The translations under genes and the position numbers were made by a program. A model generated the notes under the pieces. That model worked only from the letters and a program-made list of their open reading frames with translations. It was not told where the DNA came from and did not search any database. Shown here in pieces: positions 10,559-21,097 of a stretch of 64,000 nucleotides of DNA. The first letter of the stretch is position 1, and each line of letters starts with the position of its first letter. Source of the DNA: an uncultured bacterium (GTDB lineage Bacteria; Verrucomicrobiota; Verrucomicrobiia; Limisphaerales; UBA8199); contig CAVVMW010000010.1 in the NCBI GenBank assembly GCA_963749495.1, forward strand, positions 544,001 through 608,000, in the 5' to 3' direction.

Positions 10559-11356
10559 TCGCAGCCCATAAGGCTGCCAGTCCAGCCGGTGGAAGTCCGG
10601 CGATGGTAACTGACGATGAACCATACAGTGATAACCGACGCGGGAAGGGGCGACCCGACCCGCGAAAGCTCGGTCGTAAAAGTCCTGGCCGGAGCAGGGC
10701 GAGCAACACCTCCAGGCCGTAGCATAAAGCGAAAGCTGCAGCTTCGTTACGCTACCCACGGGTTCCGGATTCGTGGGATTTGTGACTGCCGAGCCGGTGC
10801 GAAAACGGCGAAGGCACAACCAACGATGAAGGCATCGTCGCAGGCAATCGTTGGAGTCACCGGAGTACGGGCGGCGGCATGGGGTGAAAGGACTGGCAGA
10901 GTAAATTGGGGACCCTCTGGGGCTGGCGGGTTGGCCCCGCAGCCTGGCGGAATAATGCATAAGCCGCTGGGTGGCCAACAGAGGCGCACATGTGGCCATA
11001 GTAAGCGACGAGCCGACCGGACAGCACAACCGGTTGGGGAGCCAAGGGCCACTGGACCCGCGGTCGTGGTCAGAAGTTCTCGGTGCCGCTTGGACGCAAG
11101 TCCGACTACGGAACAACCGCCGGGGACGGAGATACCGACAGTGACGGCCTATAAGCGGGCGGTAGCACGCCCGCGAAGGTGGCCGTGGCGTCAGGCGGGT
11201 TTGAAGCCGTACTGGGGAAAACCCACCGTACGGAATTTTAGAGGGGGCAGAGGAAACGAAGTGAATGGCCTGATGACCGTTTGCCACGATGCCCGAAAGG
11301 GCCGATACACTGGAAGTCATTGGCCTAATCATGTTCGCGCCTCTGCTCTACTCGAT
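10559..11356 (+). mobile_element. ORF-less group II intron (about 798 nt)
   Basis: Domain V AAGCCGTACTGGGGAAAACCCACCGTACGG at about 11204; domain VI GGGGCAGAGG...CCTCTGCTCT-A-CTC with bulged A11350 and an AT end; DIII-like GGCCATAGTAAGCGACGAG...AGCCAAGGGCC; 5' CCGGTGGAAGTCCGG hairpin; removal restores a 29-bp repeat. Confidence 0.88.
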
Positions 11357-11404
11357 GTATTCCGCGGTTCATTCTTCTTCGCAGCTTTGCTAGCCTCGCC
11401 GGCC

Positions 11405-11803
11405 GTGAAAACCAATCTTATTTACGAGGCAGAATCCTACCAGCTTATCGGCGCGTGCTTCGAGGTTTACCGCGAAAAGGGTTGCGGCTTCCTGGAGCCG
11501 GTTTATCAGGAGTGTATGGAGATTGAGTTGCGCCTGCGGGGAGTCCCCTTTGTCCCCCAGAAGCCCTTGGCCTTGGAATACAAAGGCTGTCCGCTTCGGG
11601 CCAAGTACGAGCCGGACTTCATCTGCCATGAGAAGATCATTCTGGAACTCAAGGCGGTGAGCGAGTTGGCTGACGAGCATCGGGCGCAGGTGCAAAACTA
11701 CCTCAAGGCGACCGGGTTCAAGCTCGGGCTGTTGGTCAACTTTGGCCATTATCCCAGGCTCCAAAGTGAGCGCATCGTGGCGGAGCGGGGCCGATATGGC
11801 TAG
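11405..11803 (+). CDS. GxxExxY protein (PD-(D/E)XK nuclease-like)
   Basis: IGACFEVYREKGCGFLEPVYQECM; PDFI...IILELKA; AQVQNYLKATG..LGLLVNFG; GTG start. Confidence 0.92.
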   Translation: MKTNLIYEAESYQLIGACFEVYREKGCGFLEPVYQECMEIELRLRGVPFVPQKPLALEYKGCPLRAKYEPDFICHEKIILELKAVSELADEHRAQVQNYLKATGFKLGLLVNFGHYPRLQSERIVAERGRYG

Positions 11804-11816
11804 GGCAGATGAGGGC

Positions 11817-11845
11817 AACCGCGGAATACGCGGAATACGCGGAAA
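11817..11845. repeat. 29-bp repeat with 9-nt period; inverted partner of the intron-split copy (10543-10558 + 11357-11369)
   Basis: AACCGCGGAATACGCGGAATACGCGGAAA is the exact reverse complement of the rejoined left copy. Confidence 0.9.
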
Positions 11846-12080
11846 ACAAAGCCGCTCAGCGATCCCGGTTTGGGATTGGCCGACATTGGGGCGGCCCCAT
11901 TCATGGCGGTTGCATCCGCATAGATACAATCACGGAAGGGAAGAAACAACGCCTGCCTTGGTCTCTTCAAGGGAGGTTACTTTTTTGTCCGGCACGCCGG
12001 AGCGAAGGCGTATCTCGACAGCACCACCACGTCCAGAACAGGGGCGGAAATCTGGAGACCAGTCTTGCCAAGCCGCACGG

Positions 12081-12305
12081 CAACCCGGAGGGTTGCCAGA
12101 TGGCAGCCGGGGGTCGCCGCGCGGCGGTGACCCCCGGTCAAGGGTGGGAAGGAGCCTGCACCCCGGAACGGGGTGCCAGAAGCCTGCGTCCGGGCGCTCG
12201 AGCTGGCTCCTGGCATCCCTCCGGGATGCAGAGACGTATCACCCTTGGACCGGGGGTCTCGCTACGCTTCGACCCCCGGCTACCGTCTTTCATCCCTCCG
12301 GGATG
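12081..12305. repeat. REP-like palindromic element (CATCCCTCCGGGATG family)
   Basis: Nested hairpins CAACCCGGAGGGTTG, GGGGGTC...GACCCCCGG (x2) and CATCCCTCCGGGATG (x2). Confidence 0.75.
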
Positions 12306-12405
12306 AACCTGCGTTGCCCGAACCGTGTCCCGTCTCTCCTACCCTGGCGGTGGTACTGGAGAGATACGCCCGGCGTGAGGGGTCTGATCCGTGAGGCTTG
12401 CGCCT

Positions 12406-13670
12406 TCACTGAGGCCCTACAGGTCGGTCCTTTTTCGACTGGTCTTCCACGACCACACGGAACCTCAGGACGCCGGGATAGGTCTTTGGTGGGCTCGGGT
12501 CGCTGCTGATGTATTCGACCTCGCCAACCGCGTAGCCGGCATTTCCTTTGCCAAAATGCCCGTGTTTGGCGTTCCGGTCGGCTCTCCCGCTGTCCTCGGG
12601 CGGGATGTGTTGCGGGTCCACCATGTCTTGACGGTCAAGCTCGCCCGTTCCGTCGCTGACCCGCTCCCACCCGGTGCTCAGCATATCATAAAACCCCCAG
12701 GCGTTTGGCTGCCTGGATTTGACCGGCTTGGTCGCATCGCTCACCTGGTTCGCGTACTTCCCGGCAAACGCCGGGTTCGACGTCCCTACGCGGGCTGCGT
12801 AATCCCACTCGGCGGCCGTGGGCAAGCGGACCTTCCGGCCGGATTTTTCCGAAAGGCGCCGGCAGAACTCGTGGATGTTGACGCAGGAAACGTTGGCCGG
12901 GGCCATCGAATCCGTGAACATCGGGTCTGTGTCGGGAGTTCGGCTCGCCATGGCGGCATCGTACATTTCCCACGTCACAGGGTGTTCTGCCAGGTAGAAG
13001 CCGCAGGACAACGTCACCATGTGCGGCGGGTCCTCTTGCCAGTGCGGGCACATGTAATAAGGCTCGCCCATCAAAAACCGGCCGGGCGGCACCCAGACGC
13101 ACTTCAGCGACAGGCGGTCGCTGACCTTCAGGACCAGCGGCTCCTTCTCAGGCATTACGAAGGGCTTGTCCGGAGACAGCATCTTGTCCGGGTATTGGAA
13201 CTGCGCCGGCTCGCACTTGCTCGCGGTGATCCACTTCCTGCCGTTTCGTTCCGCGATGATGCCGGTCACTGCCATTACCTGCCGCGCGTTGTAGGTCGCG
13301 TCCTTTTCCAGTTTCTCCGCCAACGGCCCGTCCACAAAGTATTTCAATCTGGCCGTGAATTGATCCAATAGTGCCCGGGCCGCGTCGCCGTCGAGCCTCG
13401 GTCAGGGTAATACTCGGCCATGATCTTCTCGAACTCAGACTTGATCTGCGGCGGACCGTCCAGGGCATACACGAATACGCTCGGGTCCTTTTCTCCCGTG
13501 TGGACGTGGTTCAGCACCATGCCCAAAATGGTGACTTGCTCGGCAGGCTCGGCGGCTCGGTCACGCGCATCCCCGGCAACCACCGCTCCCAAGACGGGAA
13601 CGTTGACGATCTGCTTCAGCACGAGCAGGCCGATCCAAATGAGGATTGATGAATGGCACAGACGTTGCAT
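12406..13670 (-). CDS. Secreted FGE-sulfatase (SUMF1)-domain protein, frameshift near 13397
   Basis: VRLPTAAEWDYAAR and PNAWGFYDM; signal-bearing ORF 13344-13670 joins ORF 12406-13368 if one base is added. Confidence 0.75.
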
Positions 13671-13800
13671 CTGGGCTGCTAATTTGGCATTGTCGGCTAT
13701 GAAGATTCAACCCTCTTTTTTCATGATTTCGCTCATGGCCAGGATTACGGCGGCGTCCGTGCCGTGGATCCATTTCGCTAACATCCATTTTGGATGGCGA

Positions 13801-15258
13801 TTACTTAATCCAAGCCGCCTGCCGCAGCGCCTCGGTCTTCTGGGCGAGGCGAAAGATGCGGCGGGCGTTTTGGTGCAGGATGGGGTCGACCAGGTCCAGC
13901 GCATCCGCCGGCTTCAGCCAGCCCTCTTCCACCAGTTCCGCCAGCGCCTGGGCAATGCCCCGGCGCGCCATGGCGGCGTGGCCCAGCACGGGCTCCACGG
14001 GAATGTAGTCTCCACCAAAGGGCAGGAGCTTGTTGATCGGCGCGGTGACGATGTGCTTCTTGAGATAATCCTTGGCCGCCGCCGGATTGATGATCCACGA
14101 CCAGCACATGTCCACGTGCGCATTGGACCACTGCTTGGCCAGGGCGAGCAACTCCTCGTAGTACGGGTAGCAGATGTGCATGAACACGAATTTCGTGTCC
14201 GGCGACAGCCGGCAGAGCTCGGCAGCCGAACCGGCGTTGAGGCGCAGGCGGGACAACGGCATGGAGTCCTGGCCCGCGTAGTAGCCGGTGTGCAGTTTCA
14301 CGGGAAGATCGTGCGCGGTCGCCTCGTCCACCGCCTGCCAGAACAGATGGTCTTCGAGCAGCTTCCGGTCCCCGGCGCTGACCGGCTCTTTCGCCACGAC
14401 CTTCTTGAAAATCGGCTCGGCCTTCTCGGCCGGAACGCGCGCGTAATCAATGTCGCGGCTGTAGGCCTGCTGCGATTTCACAGCCACGGCGTACTTGGCA
14501 TAGCGATCGAACCACCAACGAATCACGCCATGCCAGTCCCCCAGCGTCTTGACTTCAATCCCCGCGGCGGCGTGCTGCTTGATGTCCGGGCCGGCAAACA
14601 TCCCCACGATGCTCAGGTCCTGCATGAGGAGCGTGGGCATGTCCGATTGCTTGAACGGTTCGCCCGTCAGGCTGTTGACCTGGCACGACTCGATCTTTGC
14701 GCGGTCCTGCAGGATCCGCCTGTAGAAGCCGGGGCGGCGCTCCTGCTCGTAGCCAGCCTGAACCTTGGCGATGCTCTCCTCCGACAGTTCTTCCACCCCA
14801 TAGAGTTCCCGGATCGAAATCCGCACCGCCTGGGCATAGCCGGTGTTCTTCACCGCAGGCCAGTAAGGCGCAATCAGCTTCCACTTGGCCAGCGGATCGA
14901 CCTCGGCAGAAAGGAACCGGCCCATGTCAGCCTTGGGCATCCCGGCGGTCAGGAAGTCCGAGTTCAGGTAGTGACTGAACAGCAGCGCCCAGTCGTCGCA
15001 AGGAACCCGTGAGTGCGGCGCGCCTTGGAGCCGTTCCTTTTCTTCGATCAGGTGTTCGTGGGTGTCAATCAGCGGCGCTTGGAGGACCCGTTCTGAGATG
15101 AGCTTCCGCGCCTCCGAGGATGCGGAAACCAGGCGCTGGCGTTGCGGTGCAGCCTCCGCTGCGCCGCCCGCCTCCGGACCGAGAGCGGCCACGGCAACGC
15201 CGGCGGTGCCCAGCCCTTTGAGAGCCGCTCTGCGCGAGACAGTCTGTCTTGTGCTCAT
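13801..15258 (-). CDS. Tat-exported amidohydrolase-family protein
   Basis: SRRAALKGLG Tat motif; IDTHEH, KLHTG, FMH and FGGDY. Confidence 0.85.
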   Translation of the reverse strand: MSTRQTVSRRAALKGLGTAGVAVAALGPEAGGAAEAAPQRQRLVSASSEARKLISERVLQAPLIDTHEHLIEEKERLQGAPHSRVPCDDWALLFSHYLNSDFLTAGMPKADMGRFLSAEVDPLAKWKLIAPYWPAVKNTGYAQAVRISIRELYGVEELSEESIAKVQAGYEQERRPGFYRRILQDRAKIESCQVNSLTGEPFKQSDMPTLLMQDLSIVGMFAGPDIKQHAAAGIEVKTLGDWHGVIRWWFDRYAKYAVAVKSQQAYSRDIDYARVPAEKAEPIFKKVVAKEPVSAGDRKLLEDHLFWQAVDEATAHDLPVKLHTGYYAGQDSMPLSRLRLNAGSAAELCRLSPDTKFVFMHICYPYYEELLALAKQWSNAHVDMCWSWIINPAAAKDYLKKHIVTAPINKLLPFGGDYIPVEPVLGHAAMARRGIAQALAELVEEGWLKPADALDLVDPILHQNARRIFRLAQKTEALRQAAWIK

Positions 15259-15495
15259 AGGATTGTCGGCAGGAGAATGCCAAAACCGGGGTGCGGAGCA
15301 ATCTTTTGTTCGGTATATCGAGCTTTTCATCAAGGTTGAGCATCGTGTCTGCGTGGCCAGTCCTGATTGGCTGGCGGCCGAACGCGTGGCCCTCGAGTTG
15401 ATGGGCATTGATTTTGGGAAAGTGGGCTATCGGATTTTCCTTTCCATTGAGGATTGACTTCTGGCCGCAAACCCGCACCCTTTGCTCATAGACCT

Positions 15496-16614
15496 ATGCG
15501 CGTTTGTGGCCAGTGGCGTGAATTTGGCAGATTCGTCATGCTGGCGGTGTCGAGCCTGATGGCGCCGAGTTTTTCCGCGGTGGGCGCTTCAGTGCCGGCT
15601 GAGGACTCCGTACCCATCAGCACGCGCACATTTCTGCTCGGGCTGAGCCACCATCCGGCCCACCGGCCGGGAGAGACGCCGCAGGATGTCCAACAAGCAA
15701 TGGCCGCCGCGGTTGGGTTAGCTGCGCAGAACTCCGAGGTGTTTGCCGTCTGGACGCTCAAGGACTGGTATGAGGAGTGGGAGGGCTATTACGCCAAGCC
15801 TTCGGTCGCGCAGCGCCGGGCTTACTTCGACTTGCTGGCCAGGCACTATCACCTCACCCCAATCTTCAACGTCAACTTCTGGACCGTTGTTCCCAAGCCG
15901 GGCCGGGGACTGGTCTTGGAGCTGGTCGTGCCGCCCGACCTGCACGGGTCCGTTACCCTGGCAGACCGCGAGTGGCGCCGTCGGTGGCTGGAGCACGTCA
16001 CGAAGGTTGCGCGCGAATTCCAGCCCGTGTATTTCAGCCTCGGCAACGAGATTGACTCCTTCTACCACTACGACCAGAGCAAGCAGCAGGATTTCACCAA
16101 TTATGTGTCGTTGGTGGCGGAATCCTACGATGCCATCAAGAAGGTGGCCCCGAGAACCAAGGTCATGGTGATCTTTCGCTATGAGGAGATGCTGGCCAAG
16201 GGCGGCCTCGACCTGATCACGAGGTTCAACCCCGCCAAGCTCGACGTGTATGGATTTACCACCTACCCCGACCTGCAGAAGTTCACCAGGCCGGCGGACA
16301 TTCCTGCCCATTACTACCAGCCGATTCGCGAGCGGGCGGGGAACAAACCGGTCGCCTTTACCGAGGTTGGGTGGGCGGCACGACCCGGGGACCCTGACAG
16401 CGAACAGAACCAGATGGACTTTCTGCGCTGGTTCCTGAACGAGACCCGCGACCTGAAGCTGGAGATGGTTTATTGGACTTTGCTTCACGACCTCGCCCCA
16501 GCCGAGAAGAAAGCCGCTCCAAGCAGCTATCTTGGCCTGATTGACTACTATGGAAGAGCGAAAAAGGCATGGGAACTTTGGCAAAAGCTGGCGCAACTGC
16601 CCCTCCAGCGGTAA
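15496..16614 (+). CDS. Putative clan GH-A glycoside hydrolase
   Basis: FSLGNEID acid/base and VAFTEVGW nucleophile motifs; signal peptide; start uncertain. Confidence 0.7.
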   Translation: MRVCGQWREFGRFVMLAVSSLMAPSFSAVGASVPAEDSVPISTRTFLLGLSHHPAHRPGETPQDVQQAMAAAVGLAAQNSEVFAVWTLKDWYEEWEGYYAKPSVAQRRAYFDLLARHYHLTPIFNVNFWTVVPKPGRGLVLELVVPPDLHGSVTLADREWRRRWLEHVTKVAREFQPVYFSLGNEIDSFYHYDQSKQQDFTNYVSLVAESYDAIKKVAPRTKVMVIFRYEEMLAKGGLDLITRFNPAKLDVYGFTTYPDLQKFTRPADIPAHYYQPIRERAGNKPVAFTEVGWAARPGDPDSEQNQMDFLRWFLNETRDLKLEMVYWTLLHDLAPAEKKAAPSSYLGLIDYYGRAKKAWELWQKLAQLPLQR

Positions 16615-16625
16615 TGCCTCGCTTT

Positions 16626-16700
16626 AAACCGCAGAGACGCAAAGGACGCAGAGAAGACAAACGAAACGAATCTCTGCGTTCTTTGCGTCTCTGCGTTTAA
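16626..16700. repeat. 75-bp hairpin of 9-nt-period arms (CGCAGAG family)
   Basis: AAACCGCAGAGACGCAAAGGACGCAGAG-spacer-CTCTGCGTTCTTTGCGTCTCTGCGTTTAA; inverted twin at 49496-49570. Confidence 0.9.
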
Positions 16701-17149
16701 TGAACGCTCCGACCTGCAACCTCCGTTCGGTTCCGCTTTCGCGGTTGACATCACCGGCTGGCTGAGCGATTGCACGATGGCATCCAGGAAGTTCACAGGC
16801 AGAACCACGGCAGCGCCGTCACCTTCTCATCGATAGCCTGAAGCTGGCGGGCGCGAACGCATTGAGCCGGACAGTGAACGCCCCCGCGTGGACAGGGGTC
16901 GATTGCCCGGCAGGCTGGCCGCGCAGATCCACCGGTTGAGCGTTGGCGACGGCCAGGCCCGCGTAGGGCGTGAGCCGAGTGGTGACTGCGAAGGGCAGGG
17001 GACTGCTTGAAGGCTCGTGTACTCCAGGGATGCGCCATCAAGCGAACTTGGTCAGCCCACGGAGTAGGGGTAGCGGCATCTATGGCAGGCCCGCCGCTTC
17101 CAGGGATCCCCCCAGGCGCATGGCGCCCTCGCGTTGGCTGCCACTCCCA

Positions 17150-17437
17150 CTACCGTGCTTCCACCAATTCAATTCGCAAGGATTTGCCTAATGCACGAGC
17201 GACACGCTCCAACGTCGAGAGCCGCGCGTCCTCGGCGTGGTTTTCCAGGCGTGAGATGGCGGATTTCTTTGTCTTCGTGCGCCGCGCCAAGTCCTCTTGG
17301 GTGACGCCAGCCTGTTCCCGTGCTTGGCGCAGCAGCACGCCGATCTTGAATTCCTGGTAGCCGGACTCGAAGCCTCTTGCGAATTTCGAGTCGGCGCGTT
17401 TGCGGCGTTCGATGAACCTGTCTAAGTCATCTTTCAT
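17150..17437 (-). CDS. XRE-family HTH antitoxin (HigA-like), orphan
   Basis: [31 protein letters not shown]...[12 protein letters not shown]. Confidence 0.85.
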   Translation of the reverse strand: MKDDLDRFIERRKRADSKFARGFESGYQEFKIGVLLRQAREQAGVTQEDLARRTKTKKSAISRLENHAEDARLSTLERVARALGKSLRIELVEAR

Positions 17438-19647
17438 GGCCTTCTCTTTCGGTTTAGGTAATCGCTTCGGCGCTGTTCTGCGTAGGTGCTGATGGTTTCG
17501 AGCAGCGATTTTTCCCACTGGGCCAGCCCGATGCCCCGTTCAGGAGCCATCATGAACCCCAGGTCGGGGGTTCGATCCGCCCAGTGGTCCTTGGTATCAT
17601 CCAGCACGTGCACGAAATCGCGCCCGGCCACCGATTGGCCTTTCGGATAACGGCTTTTTTCATACGCGGCGGTCAGCTCGCCAAAAAGCCTCTCACCCTC
17701 GTTCCTCAGCTTTTCAATCGCGTCGTGTGCCGCCGCCAGGTGGCCGAGAGCCTCCGCCGGCCGCTGTATTTGGGCGGCAGCCTGGGCCGCCTCGCATTCT
17801 TGTTCGGCCTCCACCAAGCCCTGTAACAACCGCCAGTGGTGACCCATGAAGCGTGCCAGCGCCAGGAAGACTTCCAGGTTGTAGCGGTTGCGGTCCACGC
17901 GGGGAAAATTGGCCTCCAGCGCCGCCACGAGTTGGTCGTTTTCCGGCAGGCGACGGCGAGCTTCGGCGGCAAAATTGCCATATTTCTTTCCCAGGACTGG
18001 CGTCCATTTGAGGTCGGGCAGCGCCGGCAGAGGCGGCGGCGCCAGCGCAAGATCACTCCGCCCGGTGCCCTGGCCTTTGCCCCTGGAATTGCCGTAGCCC
18101 GGTCCGCGCGCCTTTGAGGTGATGCGGTCCCAGGTGCTTTCCCACGCACGCGCCTGCCGCTGCATCAAGCGGTAAATCTCGACCATGCCCTCCGTGCGCG
18201 AACCGTAATACACGTTGATGAAGTCCGCGATGTGCTGGTCCACTGGAGCAACGCCGGGGTTCCAGCCGTATTGCGCCACGGCCGACCAGCCGAGCCAGAA
18301 CGTTTCATTATGGAGGCCGCTATCAGCCCAGGCCGCGCCGAAGACGCCAATCGGGTTCGCTTGCCAATGCTTGCCCGAGGCAATGGATGCGGCGGCCTCA
18401 TCGAGATGCCCCTGGGAACGTCCTTTGCCGTCCTCGAGGGTCAGGTGGTTTGGAAACAGGAATTCCTCGCCTTGCATCGAAACGTAGGCTAATTGCCGCA
18501 TCCCCAGCTTCTTCTCGGCCGGAATGTAATCCGGCTCGCCAATCACGCCATCAATGACATCCGGTGGAATCATCGGGACGTGTTTTGGCAGCAAGGGGTA
18601 TTCGGCCCAGATGAGCATCCGCCGCCCCTGCTTTGCCAGGTGATCATGAGCGCGCCGAACAAACTCGACCCAGGCCAAGCTCCGGTTCTCCGGCGTGTAG
18701 GGCCTGTCGCCGCCCTCGATGCCCGCGTAATAAACCTCGTCCGTCGAGACAAACAGGTAATCCACCCCGCGCGTTGCCTTGATGACGTCGTCATACATCG
18801 AGAAGATCAGGTCGCGGGTTCGCGGGTCGCTCATCCGGCTTTGGTAGTTGTTGCCGTCGGCCCGCAGTTCGGCGAATTGCGGGTGCTTCAAAACGTAGGC
18901 CATGTGTGCGGGGGCTTGGATGACCGGCACGACCTGGATAAAACGTTCGAGCCCGTAGTTCACGATCTCCTGCAACTCGCTGGTGGTGAAAGCCCCCGGC
19001 GCGCCGATGACCGGGTGGGATGGATATTCGAACTTGTCCTCCAACTCGAAGCCGATCATGTTCGCTTTGAATCGTGCCGCCCAGTCCAGGTAACGTTTCA
19101 AGGTTTCCATGCGGTCCTGGTGGTGTTTGGTGTCCCAGTGCAGGAACCGGAGCTGGAGCTTGGGCCAGTCCTCGATGACCCCTTTGGGCAACAAGAGCCG
19201 ATCGGCGGCATCCCGTTTGATCAGTTGCACGAGGGTTTGCACACCGTAGAACAGGCCCGCGTCGCCGTTCCCGGTGATTTCGATGGCGTCCTCGGCGATG
19301 GTCAATCGGTAAGCCTGTGTGTCGATTCCCGGCTCAGACCGGGTGGCGACAGTCCCCGGCGAAACCGCCAGCCGGATGACCTTGGCGCCAGTGCCGCGCG
19401 GCAAGTGGAGCGAGTGGAACTCGGCCAAGTCATGCGCCAATGAACGGACGGCAATAGGGTTGGTGCCGGCTTTGCGGTCATCCAAGGTCCATTGGCCGCC
19501 CAGGACGACATCCCCATCTTGAAGCTGGACTGTCCGCGGGCTCGGGATGACCGAGCAACCGCGAAGCGACAATGGGGTGGGATTCTGGGCGCCGATTAAG
19601 CCGGCAAACGAGAACAACGCGGACACACAAAGGATTGGCAATTTCAT
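17434..19647 (-). CDS. GH20-family beta-N-acetylhexosaminidase-like protein
   Basis: AYRLTI...[27 protein letters not shown] and STDE; signal peptide. Confidence 0.85.
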   Translation of the reverse strand: MKLPILCVSALFSFAGLIGAQNPTPLSLRGCSVIPSPRTVQLQDGDVVLGGQWTLDDRKAGTNPIAVRSLAHDLAEFHSLHLPRGTGAKVIRLAVSPGTVATRSEPGIDTQAYRLTIAEDAIEITGNGDAGLFYGVQTLVQLIKRDAADRLLLPKGVIEDWPKLQLRFLHWDTKHHQDRMETLKRYLDWAARFKANMIGFELEDKFEYPSHPVIGAPGAFTTSELQEIVNYGLERFIQVVPVIQAPAHMAYVLKHPQFAELRADGNNYQSRMSDPRTRDLIFSMYDDVIKATRGVDYLFVSTDEVYYAGIEGGDRPYTPENRSLAWVEFVRRAHDHLAKQGRRMLIWAEYPLLPKHVPMIPPDVIDGVIGEPDYIPAEKKLGMRQLAYVSMQGEEFLFPNHLTLEDGKGRSQGHLDEAAASIASGKHWQANPIGVFGAAWADSGLHNETFWLGWSAVAQYGWNPGVAPVDQHIADFINVYYGSRTEGMVEIYRLMQRQARAWESTWDRITSKARGPGYGNSRGKGQGTGRSDLALAPPPLPALPDLKWTPVLGKKYGNFAAEARRRLPENDQLVAALEANFPRVDRNRYNLEVFLALARFMGHHWRLLQGLVEAEQECEAAQAAAQIQRPAEALGHLAAAHDAIEKLRNEGERLFGELTAAYEKSRYPKGQSVAGRDFVHVLDDTKDHWADRTPDLGFMMAPERGIGLAQWEKSLLETISTYAEQRRSDYLNRKRRP

Positions 19648-19660
19648 GTCAAAAATAGGA

Positions 19661-21079
19661 TCAAACACCATCGGACGCTCCATCCTTCAGACTGCCGAGC
19701 GATTTCGGTTTCAAGCGGGAGCCGCGCGTGACTATCGCCAGGTAAACGATGCCCACGCCCATCCACGCACACCCGACCAGGATGGTTCTTTCATTGAGGT
19801 TGCGCCAGACATAACCGCAGACCAGCGCGCCCAGCAGGGGGAAAACCAGGTTGGTCCAAAAACCGGCTCCGCTCCGGCGGCCCAGCCGGAAATAGTAATG
19901 CCTGATCACGCTCAGGTTCACCAGGATGAAGCCCACGAACGCACCGAAGTTCGTCAACTCCGTGACGCCTTGAAAATCAAACACGGCAGCGCCCAGCAGC
20001 GAGACCGCTCCCATCAGGTAAATGCCGCGTGTTGGGGTCGAATGGCGCGGATCCAGGTAGCCGAAGATGCGACGCGGGATCACGCCGTCGCGCCCCATGC
20101 CGAAGAGCAGGCGCGAGGCCCCGGCTTGCCCAGTCAGCGCGCTGGCCAATCCCGCCACCACCAGCACCAGCGTGATGAAACCGAACATCCACGCCCCGCC
20201 GACCATTCGCCCGATATCCAGGATGATCGTCTCGGCACTGGGAAAGGTTTTGTAGTCCGGCCACACCAGGGCGGCCAGATAGACAGTGACAAAGCAAATC
20301 ACCGTTTGCAGCACGCACACCAGCACGGTGGCAAAGGCGATGTCGCGTTCGGGATGCACCGTGTCCTCGGCCAGGGTGGAAATGGCGTCAAACCCGAGAT
20401 AGGAAAGCGTGGCAATTCCGGCGCCCAACATCAGCGGTTGAACCGCGAAAGTCTGGGGTTGGAAAATCGCCGCCTGTGAAAACAGACCCGCGAAACCATG
20501 CGCCGACACCACCCACCGGGCCGCCAGCCAGACGAACAGGACTGCGCAGGCGCTCATGATCACCATCATCACCTTGTTGGCCCCGGTGGTAAAGCGAATC
20601 CCGCGCAGGTTTATGACCGTAATGACGCCCGTGGATAACACCACCCAGAAGAAATAGGGGATGTTCCAGTGCAGATGAGGAACTGCCGGCAGAATGCGCT
20701 GCATGGTGAGCGCCACATAGATCACACTCAGCAGCGGGATGAGAAAATAATCGAGGATCATCGCCCAGCCTGCCAAAAAGCCGAGGTGCTCGTTGAGCGC
20801 CTTCTGCGTAAAGGTGTAGGTCGAACCGGCGGCGGGAAATGCGGTGGCCATTTTTCCGTAGCTGGCCGCGGTGAAAAGCATGGCCACCATTGCCACGAGG
20901 TAGCTCAGTGCCGCGTGCCCCCGCGAATTCTGCTGCACCAGGCCGAAGACCGGGTAGGGAGCAGTCGGGGTGAGAATCACCAAGCCGAAGAGGATCAGGT
21001 CGCCGCGCGTCAGCACGCGCTTGAAGCGCGGCTGTCCGCCGGGCACATCCCGGCCGGGATTTGGGACGGCATCATCCAT
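19661..21079 (-). CDS. APC-family amino acid/polyamine permease
   Basis: About 12 TM segments; FPAAGSTY, SYLGFDAISTLAED and SRLLFGMGRDG. Confidence 0.9.
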   Translation of the reverse strand: MDDAVPNPGRDVPGGQPRFKRVLTRGDLILFGLVILTPTAPYPVFGLVQQNSRGHAALSYLVAMVAMLFTAASYGKMATAFPAAGSTYTFTQKALNEHLGFLAGWAMILDYFLIPLLSVIYVALTMQRILPAVPHLHWNIPYFFWVVLSTGVITVINLRGIRFTTGANKVMMVIMSACAVLFVWLAARWVVSAHGFAGLFSQAAIFQPQTFAVQPLMLGAGIATLSYLGFDAISTLAEDTVHPERDIAFATVLVCVLQTVICFVTVYLAALVWPDYKTFPSAETIILDIGRMVGGAWMFGFITLVLVVAGLASALTGQAGASRLLFGMGRDGVIPRRIFGYLDPRHSTPTRGIYLMGAVSLLGAAVFDFQGVTELTNFGAFVGFILVNLSVIRHYYFRLGRRSGAGFWTNLVFPLLGALVCGYVWRNLNERTILVGCAWMGVGIVYLAIVTRGSRLKPKSLGSLKDGASDGV

Positions 21080-21097
21080 CGGCCAGGGCGGTGTTGT

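Noticed and set aside
10436..11332. 298-aa minus-strand ORF
   Set aside because: It is antisense to the intron RNA and has no protein-like features.
10616..11404. 395-aa ORF as an intron-encoded protein fused to GxxExxY
   Set aside because: No RT motifs (no YADD); it is a chance open frame through structured RNA, and the GxxExxY gene starts at GTG 11405.
16700..17150. Short ORFs between the hairpin and the antitoxin
   Set aside because: No recognisable family; possibly debris, but not supportable from the sequence.
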